In this document: positions 1 to 9,014 of the stretch, piece by piece
Layout: the number at the start of each line of letters is the position of its first letter
How positions within the stretch are numbered: the stretch's first letter is position 1
Origin: an uncultured Actinomycetaceae bacterium
GTDB lineage: Bacteria > Actinomycetota > Actinomycetes > Actinomycetales > Actinomycetaceae
Length of the DNA stretch: 36,919 nt
Reading direction: 5' to 3'
NCBI GenBank assembly: GCA_963531075.1
Contig: CAUSGP010000001.1
Span: 1-36,919 of the forward strand
Translations under genes and position numbers: made by a program
The notes under the pieces: model-generated
What the model was told of the DNA's origin: nothing
The model's database searches: none
Seen by the model: only the letters and a program-made list of their open reading frames with translations

Positions 1-121
1 CCGCCTCGAGTCCTTCGAGGACCGTAATCGACGAGGCGTCGTAGGCTTGGCCTTTCGAGACTTTGACGACGCTTTCCCCTTCGGGGACCGCGTTTTCTGC
101 GGAAGTTCCGTCTGTCGTCAC
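1..121 (-). CDS. gyrB: DNA gyrase subunit B, 5' end (runs off window)
   Basis: Minus-strand translation from GTG at 121 gives MTTDGTSAENAVPEGESVVKVSKGQAYDASSITVLEGLEA, containing the GyrB N-terminal YDASSITVLEGLEA motif. An AAGGAG RBS lies upstream. Position is canonical, downstream of recF-DUF721. Confidence 0.95.
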   Translation of the reverse strand, partial: MTTDGTSAENAVPEGESVVKVSKGQAYDASSITVLEGLEA

Positions 122-374
122 GCTTGAGCTTCTCCTTCGCCTAATGCATGCGGAGGCCACCATGACGCCTGTGTGAAGCGCTGCCCCCGCCGCTGTAGGC
201 CCCCACCAACGAAGGGACCCAAGCAATTCTACCGCGCTTCACGTGACAAAAGTGCCATTCTTGGGCCTCGTGTGCTACTACACCCTCAAGTTCGACATCA
301 GCGAACGCATTGCACCCCGTCCGTGGGCACGCATGTTATCTGACAGCTACACCATGTATACCCCGTTTTGACAC

Positions 375-992
375 TTACCCGTAAGTGTCGCGCGGACCCC
401 GCCCGCGAACGGAGAAGCGGCCATGTTTCCAACTTGGCCTGGATGGGCCCTTGACCACGATTTCTCTGACCACTCCTTCGCCGACCTCTTTGGCAAGAGT
501 GGCTTCAAGGGTCGCCTGAAGCGCACGGATCTGCGTTTCCCACGACGTCGACGACGTACGCAATGTCAACGTTCCCCCGTCGGAGAAATCCTCAACGACG
601 CAGTGTTTGGCAACCGTCGGACCAACGATCTCAGGCCATCTACTGGCCACCGAGGCCACCTCAATCTTCTCGCCCCATCCTTTGTCGCGGACGTAGCGGG
701 CCAGTATCTGCCCAATAGGATGCGGATCGCGATGGGAAGGCCGCGGGCCGCTTCCAACGTCGCCCCACCCGGGACCGGGGCTCCACACTTCATCTCCAAG
801 AGGCTCACTCGAATCGTGTTCTTCCCGGCTGGACGGTCTTTGGAGCGCGCGCGAAGCCGAGGGAGCGCGCGTCCGCACATAGCCGCGGGCAAAAGCCGCC
901 TCTCTCGCGCGATCCAAAGCCCGAAGAGCCAACACGTCGCCGTTTCGTTCGATCGCCGCTCGTCGCGCCGCTTCGACGGCCCCGTCAACCAT
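375..992 (-). CDS. DUF721/DciA family protein (helicase-loader-like)
   Basis: The C-terminal part of ORF 375..1253 (WPEIVGPTVAKHC...LTLRTSSTSWETQIR...GRGPRDTYG) is typical of actinobacterial DUF721. Start reassigned to ATG 992 (MVDGAVEAA), which overlaps the recF stop. Lies between recF and gyrB. Confidence 0.85.
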   Translation of the reverse strand: MVDGAVEAARRAAIERNGDVLALRALDRAREAAFARGYVRTRAPSASRALQRPSSREEHDSSEPLGDEVWSPGPGWGDVGSGPRPSHRDPHPIGQILARYVRDKGWGEKIEVASVASRWPEIVGPTVAKHCVVEDFSDGGTLTLRTSSTSWETQIRALQATLEATLAKEVGEGVVREIVVKGPSRPSWKHGRFSVRGRGPRDTYG

Positions 993-2325
993 CGTCCTTC
1001 TCCGGTGTGATGCTCCCAATGGCGACCATGAAACGTCGACCATCGAGTTCTGCGGGCAGTTCGCTTCCCACGGCAGCAGTGATGATCGCTTGTTCGGCAC
1101 GTTGAACGATCTGAGCCAAACGATCACGGCGCCTCGTGTCGAGTTCCGCGAAAACATCGTCGAGAATGAGAATTGGCTCGCCGCCCTCGGCCCATTCGCC
1201 GGATTCGTCTCCGCGCAACACCTGCCAAGCCGCGAGTTTGAGCGCGAGCGCATAACTCCATGACTCGCCGTGGGACGCGTATCCGCGCGCGGGAAGAGTC
1301 CCCAAGCTCAGGGCAAGCTCATCGCGATGAGGCCCCACAAGGTTGACTCCGCGTCTGATCTCTTCGTCGCGGCGCTCAGCCATCGCGCTCATGAACCGGA
1401 TTTCATTGAGCTCGACATCTCGAAGTTCTTCTTCCGAATTGTCCGCTTTTTCTCGATTGTCCGCTTCTCTTTGATCGTCTGCCTCGTTTTTATCAGATGC
1501 CCCTTCAGAACCGGCTTCTTCTTGATACATCTTTTGGGTATGTTGGGGCATTTTGCCGAGAGATGCCTGGGAAGTCGCGGCGCCTCCGAAGGAAACCTTG
1601 GAACGATTGCTTTCAGTGCACCGGATGGCGTTGGCCAGATAGGCGATCGATGCCGGACCTCGCCCGCCGGAGACTTCAGAATAGAACTCGTCGACGTGGG
1701 GCCGGAGTTTAGCCACGGTCTCCGCGCGGGCCGCGGTCAGCTTCGCCCCAAGCTTGGCCAATTGCACGTCCCATACGTCGAGCGCCGCTGCGTCGATCGA
1801 GCCGCCGCGTTTGCGGGCCGACCCCGCCGACTTCAGCACAGCCGCGCGTTGGCGAGCCACTTTTTCATATTCTGATCGGACTCCCAGCAGCGACGGACGC
1901 AGCTGAATGATAATTCCATCAAGAAAGGAACGTCGGGTTCCCGGGTCGCCTTTGATTAGCTCAAGATCTTCCGGTGCGAAAACGACGCTCCGCACAACTC
2001 CGACGATTTCGGGTGGGCGGACAAGACCGCGATTGATCCTCGCGCGATTGGCTCTTCCGGAATAGATTTCCACCTCCACCGTTGTCGACGTTGTGTCTCG
2101 AACAACGCGTGCCTGCACTACCGCGGCACTCGCCCCCTGACGCACGAGGGCGCTGTCGCCGGAAACACGATGGGAGGAAAGAGTCGACAGATAGCCGACA
2201 GCCTCAATGAGATTGGTCTTTCCCTGTCCGTTTTCGCCGACGAATACGGTCACCCCCGGCTTCAAACCGACGATCGCTCGCTCATAAGAACGGAAATCCG
2301 CAAGCGCGAGATCGCTGAGATACAC
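985..2325 (-). CDS. recF: DNA replication/repair protein RecF, with an internal low-complexity insert of about 70 aa
   Basis: MYLSDLALADFRSY start, Walker A GENGQGKTN, GPHRDEL, ASHGESWS, Walker B ILILDDVFAELD; directly downstream of dnaN. Confidence 0.97.
   Translation of the reverse strand: MYLSDLALADFRSYERAIVGLKPGVTVFVGENGQGKTNLIEAVGYLSTLSSHRVSGDSALVRQGASAAVVQARVVRDTTSTTVEVEIYSGRANRARINRGLVRPPEIVGVVRSVVFAPEDLELIKGDPGTRRSFLDGIIIQLRPSLLGVRSEYEKVARQRAAVLKSAGSARKRGGSIDAAALDVWDVQLAKLGAKLTAARAETVAKLRPHVDEFYSEVSGGRGPASIAYLANAIRCTESNRSKVSFGGAATSQASLGKMPQHTQKMYQEEAGSEGASDKNEADDQREADNREKADNSEEELRDVELNEIRFMSAMAERRDEEIRRGVNLVGPHRDELALSLGTLPARGYASHGESWSYALALKLAAWQVLRGDESGEWAEGGEPILILDDVFAELDTRRRDRLAQIVQRAEQAIITAAVGSELPAELDGRRFMVAIGSITPEKDDG
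1439..1492. repeat. 18-bp tandem repeat x3 inside recF
   Basis: ttgtccgctttttctcga / ttgtccgcttctctttga / tcgtctgcctcgttttta, encoding KNEADD-QREADN-REKADN. Confidence 0.85.
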
Positions 2326-2337
2326 GCTCCCTCCGCG

Positions 2338-3471
2338 TTATCCGCCGTATGTGCGAATCGGCATGAGCAGCAGTCGAAACTCTTGATCGTCCTCGCCTTC
2401 GATCTCCGACTGCGCGGTGAGGACAGCGGGTTTCGACGCATTCGTGAACGACAGGCGAACGTAGGGCGCCGACGTCGCTCCAAGCCCTTCCTGGAGAAAA
2501 CTCGGGTTGAAAGCCATAACGATGTCTTCCCCGTGAAGCGTCGCTTCAAGTGCCTCGCTCGTTTGAGCATTGTCACCTTGCCCCGCCTCGAGAACCACTT
2601 GTCCCTCGCTGAAGGAAAGGCGCACCGCAGAGTTCTTCTCCACGACAAGCCGAGCGCGCTTGATGGCATCAAGCATCTCTTGACGTCCGATGATCGCATA
2701 TCCGGTGACGTCGGAAGGAAAGAGATTGCGCACCTGCGGGTAGTCGCCGTCGATCAAACGAGCGATGTTGTGACGGCCGGCCGAAGAGAAGCCAATCATT
2801 CCGGCACGCCCCGAATTGTCGATCGCAAGCTCAACCTTGCCCACGGATCCCAAAGACTTCGCTATGTCTGACAACCGCGATGCCCGTACGAGGATTCTGT
2901 GCGAGACGTCGGCGTCCGAAGGTTCCCATTGAAGATCCCGAACAGCCAGACGATAGCGATCGGTTGCCATGAGGGACATCGTTTTGCCCTCGATTTCGAT
3001 GCATACCGAAACGAGAAGCGGGAGTGTGTCGTCAGACGAGGCTGCCGTGACCACCTGTGACACGGTTTCCTGCCATAGAGCGCCGTCGACGACGCCGGAA
3101 ACCTCAGGCATTGGCGGCAGAGTGGGATAGTCTTCAAGAGGCATCGATTGCATTGAAATGTGTGAGGATCCGCAGACAACCTCGAGCTTTGCCCCTTTGA
3201 TCTCCATGTCAATAGGTTTATTGGGAAGGGCGCGCGCGAAGTCGGAGAGAAGGCGACCATGGACCAGTATTGTTCCGGGCTCATCCACGGCCGCTTCCAC
3301 GACCGCATGGGAAGAGATATCGGGGTCGTAGGAAGATAGAGCGACGGTGCCATCCTTGTCTGCTTCAATCTTCATTCCCGCAAGCACGGGAAGGGAAGGA
3401 CGGGAGGGAATCGTGCGGGCAACCCACGAAACGACGTCGGCGAAGACGTCATGCTCGACCCTTAGCTTCAC
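2338..3471 (-). CDS. dnaN: DNA polymerase III beta sliding clamp
   Basis: 377 aa; MKLRVEHDVFADVVSWVAR, ATDRYRLA, RLIDGDYP, LLMPIR; downstream of dnaA. Confidence 0.98.
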   Translation of the reverse strand: MKLRVEHDVFADVVSWVARTIPSRPSLPVLAGMKIEADKDGTVALSSYDPDISSHAVVEAAVDEPGTILVHGRLLSDFARALPNKPIDMEIKGAKLEVVCGSSHISMQSMPLEDYPTLPPMPEVSGVVDGALWQETVSQVVTAASSDDTLPLLVSVCIEIEGKTMSLMATDRYRLAVRDLQWEPSDADVSHRILVRASRLSDIAKSLGSVGKVELAIDNSGRAGMIGFSSAGRHNIARLIDGDYPQVRNLFPSDVTGYAIIGRQEMLDAIKRARLVVEKNSAVRLSFSEGQVVLEAGQGDNAQTSEALEATLHGEDIVMAFNPSFLQEGLGATSAPYVRLSFTNASKPAVLTAQSEIEGEDDQEFRLLLMPIRTYGG

Positions 3472-3821
3472 TACAGACCTTCTTTCATTGAATCCCTCAA
3501 GGGCATAGACGGTTTAACTCTACGCGAGAAAGGCTCGGGCGTCGCCCAACTCGCCTCGCCATTCAGTCCAAAACCGACAAATTTTTGTACTAGATAAGTT
3601 TTTAGTAGTAGTTGTAGCTCCTGTGGAATCGGTGGATAACCTCCTTTTTCATTGTATTTGCAATGCTTTTGCCTGTGGATGAAACTGTGCGCTGCCTGGG
3701 TGCGACGAACTCAAATCGGTGGATGAGACACTTTCGACCTTGACGAATCCACATGTTGAAACGGGTTATCCACAGGAAGATTAAGCTTCAGCACAGGCCA
3801 ATGCACATCCGATGTGGATTA
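3472..3821. promoter_or_regulatory. oriC (dnaA-dnaN intergenic): DnaA boxes, DnaA-trios and AT-rich unwinding element
   Basis: TTATCCACA at 3766-3774 is a perfect box. Near-consensus boxes lie at 3622-3630, 3631-3639, 3674-3682, 3718-3726, 3745-3753 and 3813-3821. TAG-TAG-TAG-TTG-TAG trios at 3603-3617 sit next to the AT-rich 3578-3602. Confidence 0.92.
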
Positions 3822-5801
3822 CAAAGAGGCCTGTTGAGCGGCCTGCTTGATTCGGCTTGTAAGTTCCGACACCTGGTTATATGTGGTCTGACGCTCGGCC
3901 ATTTGCTTGTCGATCTTCCTGCAGGCATGCATCACCGTCGTGTGATCACGTTTGCCAAAAAGATGACCGATCTTGGGCAGTGACAGTTCGGTCATTTCGC
4001 GGCACAGGTACATGGCGACTTGACGCGCAGAAACAAGAACCCTGCTGCGGTCGGTCGATATCATCTCTTCAATCGAAATGTCGAAATATCCGGCAGTTTG
4101 ACTCATGATGAGCGTCGCCGTGATTTCGATGGCGTCGGGGTTCGCGATGAGGTCTTTGAGGATCATTTCGGCCAGACTCAGGTTGATTGTCTGTTTCGAA
4201 AGATCCGCGAAAGCTGTGACTCGGCGGAGGGCGCCTTCCATCTCGCGGACATTGGTCAACATGTGCGTTGCGATGTACTCGTTGACCTCGCGTGGAACCG
4301 TGAAGCCGTCGGAATGTGCCTTTTTCTCGAGAATGGCGATTCGGGTCTCGAGATTGGGCCGATCGATGTTGGCCGTTACTCCCGAGTTGAAGCGGGAGAG
4401 CATGCGCTCCTCGAACCCGTTGAGAAGATTGGGTGAAACATCGGAGGTGATGACGATCTGTTTATTGGAATTCGTCAGAGCGTTAAACGTATGGAAGAAC
4501 TCTTCGACGGTCGAATCTCGGCCACCGATGAACTGGATGTCATCGATGAGGAGGATGTCCACCGTTCGGAATTGATTCTTAAACTCTGCTTGATGTCCGT
4601 CGCGCACGGAGTTGATGAAGGCGTTCGTGAACTCCTCGGCGCTCACGTAGCGGACTTTGATGGAAGGGAAGAGATTGAGAGCATAGTTCCCGATGGCATG
4701 CATAAGATGAGTCTTTCCCATGCCGGAGTCGGAATAGAGGAACAGCGGGTTGTACGTCGTTCCGGGAGATTCGGCCACGGCCAACGACGTCGCCGTGGCG
4801 AATCTGTTGTTGTCCCCGATAACGAAATTATCGAAAGTGTAGCGGGGATTGATGCGAGCCTTCTGCGATCGCGCCGCGGTATCCGACCGTTTGGCCAGAA
4901 CTTCTTCCGCGATTGTTGTTTGATCGACGTAGCGCATTCCCTGTGTGAAAGATTCGGAGGGCATATGCGAAAGCGCCGAATCTTCTGTGGATGGCGACGT
5001 GTCGAGATGCCTGCGTCTAGTTCGGGCATAATCGGTTCCCGCACCTGCAGATCGTCTTTCATACCTCGAAGCCTCTTCATATGCCGGCGTTTCCGAGTAT
5101 CGTCTCGAAGTTTCGGAGTAATGATCGGTCTCGGGATAACGATTTGAAGATTCGTCCGACGCCACGGACAGCGGATTCTCGCTGGTTTCCTCCGATATTT
5201 CCCGTGTGGCGGTGCTCGACGTCGACGATCCTTGTGCCGGCGAGCTCAAACTCGAGGAATCTGATCTCATCGATCCCGAACCCGTAGAACCCGAACCCAT
5301 CTGATCCGAACTTGTGGATCCTGAACCTGCATGGCTTGAACTCACAGGCCCCGAACTCGCCTGGCCTGAACTCGAAGATCTCGAATTCATCGGACCTGAA
5401 CCCATTGAGCTTGCCTGGCCTGAACCCCTCTGGTTTGATCCCATTGATGCGGGTGAGGCGGAATGAGGAGGTTCAGATGAGGACGGGGGATTCGATGCGA
5501 TAGCCGAGGCGACGGGTCCGACTGGTTGAGATTCGTTAACGCTTGGATCGACAGATATGACGATGCGCACCGGGCGTCCAAGTATATTCGAAAGCATTGA
5601 TGTCATCGTCTCTGAGACGTGTTCTTCTATCCACGTCTTCACGAATTCCGAGCCAACGGCAATCATGAAGATGTCTTCAACCCAGGCAAGCGGATGGGCC
5701 ACACGCACGAAGGCAGCTTGGGAATCAGAGAGCGAACCGTCCGCACGCAGTAATTCGGTTGCCGCATTCCAAGCGTCTTTAGCCGGATTACCGTCACTCA
5801 T
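3819..5801 (-). CDS. dnaA: Chromosomal replication initiator DnaA (660 aa, very long Ser/Gly-rich domain II)
   Basis: INPRYTFDNFVIG, YNPLFLYSDSGMGKTHL, LLIDDIQF, RDHTTVMHA. Start reassigned to ATG 5801 (MSDGNPAKDAW) with an AAGGAG RBS, because the upstream in-frame extension runs through DnaA boxes. Confidence 0.97.
   Translation of the reverse strand: MSDGNPAKDAWNAATELLRADGSLSDSQAAFVRVAHPLAWVEDIFMIAVGSEFVKTWIEEHVSETMTSMLSNILGRPVRIVISVDPSVNESQPVGPVASAIASNPPSSSEPPHSASPASMGSNQRGSGQASSMGSGPMNSRSSSSGQASSGPVSSSHAGSGSTSSDQMGSGSTGSGSMRSDSSSLSSPAQGSSTSSTATREISEETSENPLSVASDESSNRYPETDHYSETSRRYSETPAYEEASRYERRSAGAGTDYARTRRRHLDTSPSTEDSALSHMPSESFTQGMRYVDQTTIAEEVLAKRSDTAARSQKARINPRYTFDNFVIGDNNRFATATSLAVAESPGTTYNPLFLYSDSGMGKTHLMHAIGNYALNLFPSIKVRYVSAEEFTNAFINSVRDGHQAEFKNQFRTVDILLIDDIQFIGGRDSTVEEFFHTFNALTNSNKQIVITSDVSPNLLNGFEERMLSRFNSGVTANIDRPNLETRIAILEKKAHSDGFTVPREVNEYIATHMLTNVREMEGALRRVTAFADLSKQTINLSLAEMILKDLIANPDAIEITATLIMSQTAGYFDISIEEMISTDRSRVLVSARQVAMYLCREMTELSLPKIGHLFGKRDHTTVMHACRKIDKQMAERQTTYNQVSELTSRIKQAAQQASL
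5261..5405. repeat. Degenerate 15-bp tandem repeat in dnaA domain II
   Basis: GAAC/GAAT recurs at exact 15-nt spacing (5278, 5293, 5308, 5323, 5338, 5353, 5368, 5383, 5398), giving 5-aa units such as SSGQA SSGPV SSSHA GSGST SSDQM GSGST. Confidence 0.85.
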
Positions 5802-5895
5802 TGGAACTCCTTGGACGTGTGAGATCCCCTCGCATATTGCCTCCTGCGTGGGACCTGACCAATTTGAACACAGCCCTGGGGACAATGCAACAGGT

Positions 5896-6022
5896 TTATC
5901 CACAGACTTGTCCACAACTGTGGAAATTACATCCATGTCATTTGATTAGATCTATCCGTGCGCTGTTGATCCAAACTTGAGAATGGAGCTTTATCCACAG
6001 CTGTGGACACAGGTGTGAATAA
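5896..6022. promoter_or_regulatory. DnaA-box cluster upstream of dnaA (dnaA/rpmH divergent promoter region; upstream half of a bipartite origin)
   Basis: TTATCCACA 5896-5904, TTGTCCACA 5908-5916, TGTGGAAAT 5919-5927, TTATCCACA 5991-5999, TGTGGACAC 6002-6010, TGTGAATAA 6014-6022. Confidence 0.9.
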
Positions 6023-6190
6023 CAGGCATGTAATTTGTAGACGGATGGGAAATCTTGAGATTCCAATCACCGGAACTGTAGATTGCATTGACCTGCAAGC
6101 GAGTTTTCGCGTAAAGTCAATTAGTCATATGTGCCTAACGCACAAGTAGTCCATGCGAGGTCGCCTCGCGCAGTCTTAGGGAGAACAACC

Positions 6191-6328
6191 GTGACCAAGC
6201 GGACTTTCCAGCCGAACAATCGCCGCAGGGCCAAGGTCCACGGCTTCCGTAAGCGTATGTCGACCCGCGCTGGTCGCGCGGTTCTTGCGGCTCGCCGTCG
6301 TAAGGGCCGCCGCTCTCTATCTGCCTGA
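6191..6328 (+). CDS. rpmH: 50S ribosomal protein L34
   Basis: GTG 6191 after a GGGAG RBS gives [45 protein letters not shown]. Confidence 0.98.
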   Translation: MTKRTFQPNNRRRAKVHGFRKRMSTRAGRAVLAARRRKGRRSLSA

Positions 6329-6329
6329 C

Positions 6330-6929
6330 GTGCTTCCCGCCGAGAACCGCATGCGGCGTTCGGCGGAGTTCGCGCGGGCTTTTAGAGGCGTTCGCGGCGG
6401 GTCCGCTAGGCTTCTCGTGGCTATCGGCCTCGATCTTTCCAGTATGGGTTTGGCGAATTTAAGTTTGGCCGATGCGGATCCCACGGAAAACATTGTCTGC
6501 CTTCCTCCGAAGGTCGGTTTTGTCGTACCTAAATCGGTGGGTAATTCTGTTGTCAGGCACAGGCTCTATCGACAACTTCGCCATCTCATGAGAGTGCGAA
6601 TCGGAGAATTCAGGCATGGAGAACTTGTGGCTGTGCGTGCATTCCCTCCGGCTAGTGGTGCGAGTTCTCAAGAGTTGGCCGAAGACGTCGATCGTTGTAT
6701 CGCCTCTGCACGAAGGAAGCAAAAGGCCCGGCGAAGTGTGGCGGCATCAAAAGAACCTACCGATTGTCAGTTTTTTGTTCGACCCACGACCGTTTCCGAT
6801 TATCAGCATTCGGCTTCAGGTCACCTTCATTCCTCTTTCGATTGTCCCCACCCAACTGATTCCAGCTCATCAGGGCCTCATATTGGCGAAATCGAGGTTG
6901 ACCGGCGAGTGACGGATATCAGCCAATGA
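6330..6929 (+). CDS. rnpA: Ribonuclease P protein component, extended to about 199 aa
   Basis: GTG 6330 gives MLPAENRMRRSAEF; KVGFVVPKSVGNSVVRHRLYRQLRH is the RNR-motif variant; follows rpmH. Confidence 0.9.
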   Translation: MLPAENRMRRSAEFARAFRGVRGGSARLLVAIGLDLSSMGLANLSLADADPTENIVCLPPKVGFVVPKSVGNSVVRHRLYRQLRHLMRVRIGEFRHGELVAVRAFPPASGASSQELAEDVDRCIASARRKQKARRSVAASKEPTDCQFFVRPTTVSDYQHSASGHLHSSFDCPHPTDSSSSGPHIGEIEVDRRVTDISQ

Positions 6930-7264
6930 GTTTTCTCACCAGCATTTTGTCGCTGCCCGTCCGTGCCTATCAACGCTGGATTTCCCCAGGCCTTCCCGCA
7001 AGATGTCGCTATGCTCCCACCTGTTCGCAGTACGCGTTGGAATCCCTGCGAATCCACGGCGTCTTGAAAGGTACACTACTAACCATATGGAGAATTCTGC
7101 GGTGCAACCCGTGGAGCAAAGGTGGAGTGGACAGAGTTCCTCAAAAGGGCCGTTGGCCTTCGAGACCTCTGGATGTGGACGAGCTTCACGCCCTCTACAG
7201 GCGGGAAGATGCGGAAACGGCTCTTACGGGCGAATGCCTCAACGAGGTTCGCTCGGCCTCATAA
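6926..7264 (+). CDS. yidD: Membrane protein insertion efficiency factor YidD
   Basis: YQRWISP...CRYAPTCSQYA...RILRCNPWSKGGVD; ATGA overlap with rnpA. Confidence 0.95.
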   Translation: MSFLTSILSLPVRAYQRWISPGLPARCRYAPTCSQYALESLRIHGVLKGTLLTIWRILRCNPWSKGGVDRVPQKGRWPSRPLDVDELHALYRREDAETALTGECLNEVRSAS

Positions 7265-7310
7265 GCTTGAAAGACAACGCGGGATAACCGCCGAATACGA
7301 AAGAAGTAGC

Positions 7311-8471
7311 GTGGATACAATCGTTGCCCCACTCATGTGGGTGATCGCTTGGATCATGGAGATCTTGCGTCGAGCCTTTGTGGCACTCGGCCTTCCCGAT
7401 GGCGCAGGCCCGGCACGGGTGCTATCGATTATCGGACTCACCGCTATCGTTCGCATTCTTGTCCTTCCCTTGTACAACAAGCAGATTAGGTCGTCTCGCC
7501 AGGCTCAGCTGATCCAGCCAGAGGTCCAAAAGATCCAGAAGAAGTACAAGGGCAAGAAGGACATGGTTTCCCGACGCCGAATGCAGGAGGAGATGCAGGC
7601 GGTCTATCGCAAGCATGGAACGTCTCCTTTTGCGACGTGTCTTCCAATGCTCGTCCAGATGCCCATTCTTTATGCCCTTTATCGGGTGATCTCTGCCTTC
7701 CCGAGCATTTCGAATGGACGTCGCACCGCGCTCGGTCCCTTCACCAAGCAGTTAGCAACGGATTTCGAGAATTCCACGGTCTTCGGCGCACCCTTGGCCA
7801 CGAACTTCAGAACAGCCACATCTTCCAATAGCCACATCGTCATCGGGGTGTTGGTGCTCATCATGAGTATCACAATGTTCTACACACAGCATCAGTTGAT
7901 GCGTAAGAACATGCCTGAATCGGCTTTGGACAAAAGCAATCCGATGTATCGCACTCAACAGTTCATGATGTATGGCATGCCCCTTATGTACATCTTCATG
8001 GGCGGGATTCTGCAGGTAGCGGTTTTGGTCTACTGGGTTGCCGGCAATATTTGGAATCTCTGCCAGCAGGCTTGGTTCATCCGTAACAACCCGACACCAG
8101 GTTCCCAGGCTTACAAAGAACGCCAGGAGCGTCTGAAAGAAAAGCGCAAGCGCAAAGGTCTTAGCAAGGAAGAGATCGAGAACCTTGAGGCTGAGGATGC
8201 GGCTCGCGCCGGAGTGCGAGTCCAACCTCTTGGCAAGGAAAGATCGAAGAAAGCAGCGGCAAAGGCAGCGAATCGTGCTCTCTACAACGAAGCCGACGAC
8301 GCCGAGGAAGGCGATGAGCCCAAGGAAACTCGCGGTAAGGATGGCTTGACTGAAGCTGAGCGAGCTCGCCGTCGCTACGAACGACGGCAGGCAGAGCGTG
8401 CCCGTTCGAAAGCAAAGGCCGCTAACCGAAAGAAACGAGTTCAACAAAATCAGAAGAAGCGAAACTTCTGA
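7311..8471 (+). CDS. yidC: Membrane protein insertase YidC with long charged C-terminal tail
   Basis: LTAIVRILVLPL, IQPEVQKIQKKYKG, CLPMLVQMPI, VYWVAGNIWNLCQQ. Start placed at GTG 7311 (MDTIVAPL), after yidD. Confidence 0.93.
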   Translation: MDTIVAPLMWVIAWIMEILRRAFVALGLPDGAGPARVLSIIGLTAIVRILVLPLYNKQIRSSRQAQLIQPEVQKIQKKYKGKKDMVSRRRMQEEMQAVYRKHGTSPFATCLPMLVQMPILYALYRVISAFPSISNGRRTALGPFTKQLATDFENSTVFGAPLATNFRTATSSNSHIVIGVLVLIMSITMFYTQHQLMRKNMPESALDKSNPMYRTQQFMMYGMPLMYIFMGGILQVAVLVYWVAGNIWNLCQQAWFIRNNPTPGSQAYKERQERLKEKRKRKGLSKEEIENLEAEDAARAGVRVQPLGKERSKKAAAKAANRALYNEADDAEEGDEPKETRGKDGLTEAERARRRYERRQAERARSKAKAANRKKRVQQNQKKRNF

Positions 8472-8693
8472 CGACCATCTTTGGTCTCGATTATGACTCC
8501 CACGCTTTCCCTAGTTTATGCATCGCGTTCGGTAGCTTGCGTGATGTATCCCCTCTATTGGTCGGCTGCGGCTTTTTGTATTCGGCAGTCATCGCCTGTG
8601 TGGCAAAGGGTAGGCTCTCGTCAATTGCCGAATGGACGCCGACTACTAAGTACCTGCCAACCATTACATCTATCCGCTGGAAAACGATCTACT

Positions 8694-8837
8694 CTGCAGA
8701 GCAGCGACTGGTTTTTTTTCGGTAATCATAAACAATTTGTTTTGCAGGACCACGAGCAATCCTCTCTGCAGAATTGTAAACGAAGCCTTCTGCTAGCCTA
8801 CGGGCACTCTTTTCTGCATGCGTGTTCCTATTCGCGT
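8694..8837. repeat. Highly degenerate 24-bp tandem repeat (about 6 units) in the yidC-jag spacer
   Basis: Units start at 8694, 8718, 8742, 8766, 8790 and 8814; five begin (C/T)TGC and most end in a T/C run. Confidence 0.55.
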
Positions 8838-9014
8838 GAGATGGTTCTGCACGCGACTCCGCCGCATAAGAAGAGTGTGCCTTATACGTATAAAACATAT
8901 AAAAGGGGTTTTCATGAGAGTTCTTGAAGTCTCGAAGGCCCTGCCACCAACGTTTTTCACAACTCACTACCCCTCACGCACTATTGCGGTGCTAGTTGAA
9001 GAAAGGACGAACTG

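Noticed and set aside
236..249. parS-like gcttcacgtgacaa upstream of gyrB
   Set aside because: Three mismatches in the 14-bp core; only the 8-bp TCACGTGA is palindromic.
993..1253. N-terminal extension of the DUF721 ORF
   Set aside because: Overlaps recF in another frame; ATG 992 gives normal translational coupling.
5802..5936. 45-aa N-terminal extension of DnaA in the ORF track
   Set aside because: It translates DnaA boxes (VDKSVDKPV); a strong RBS precedes ATG 5801.
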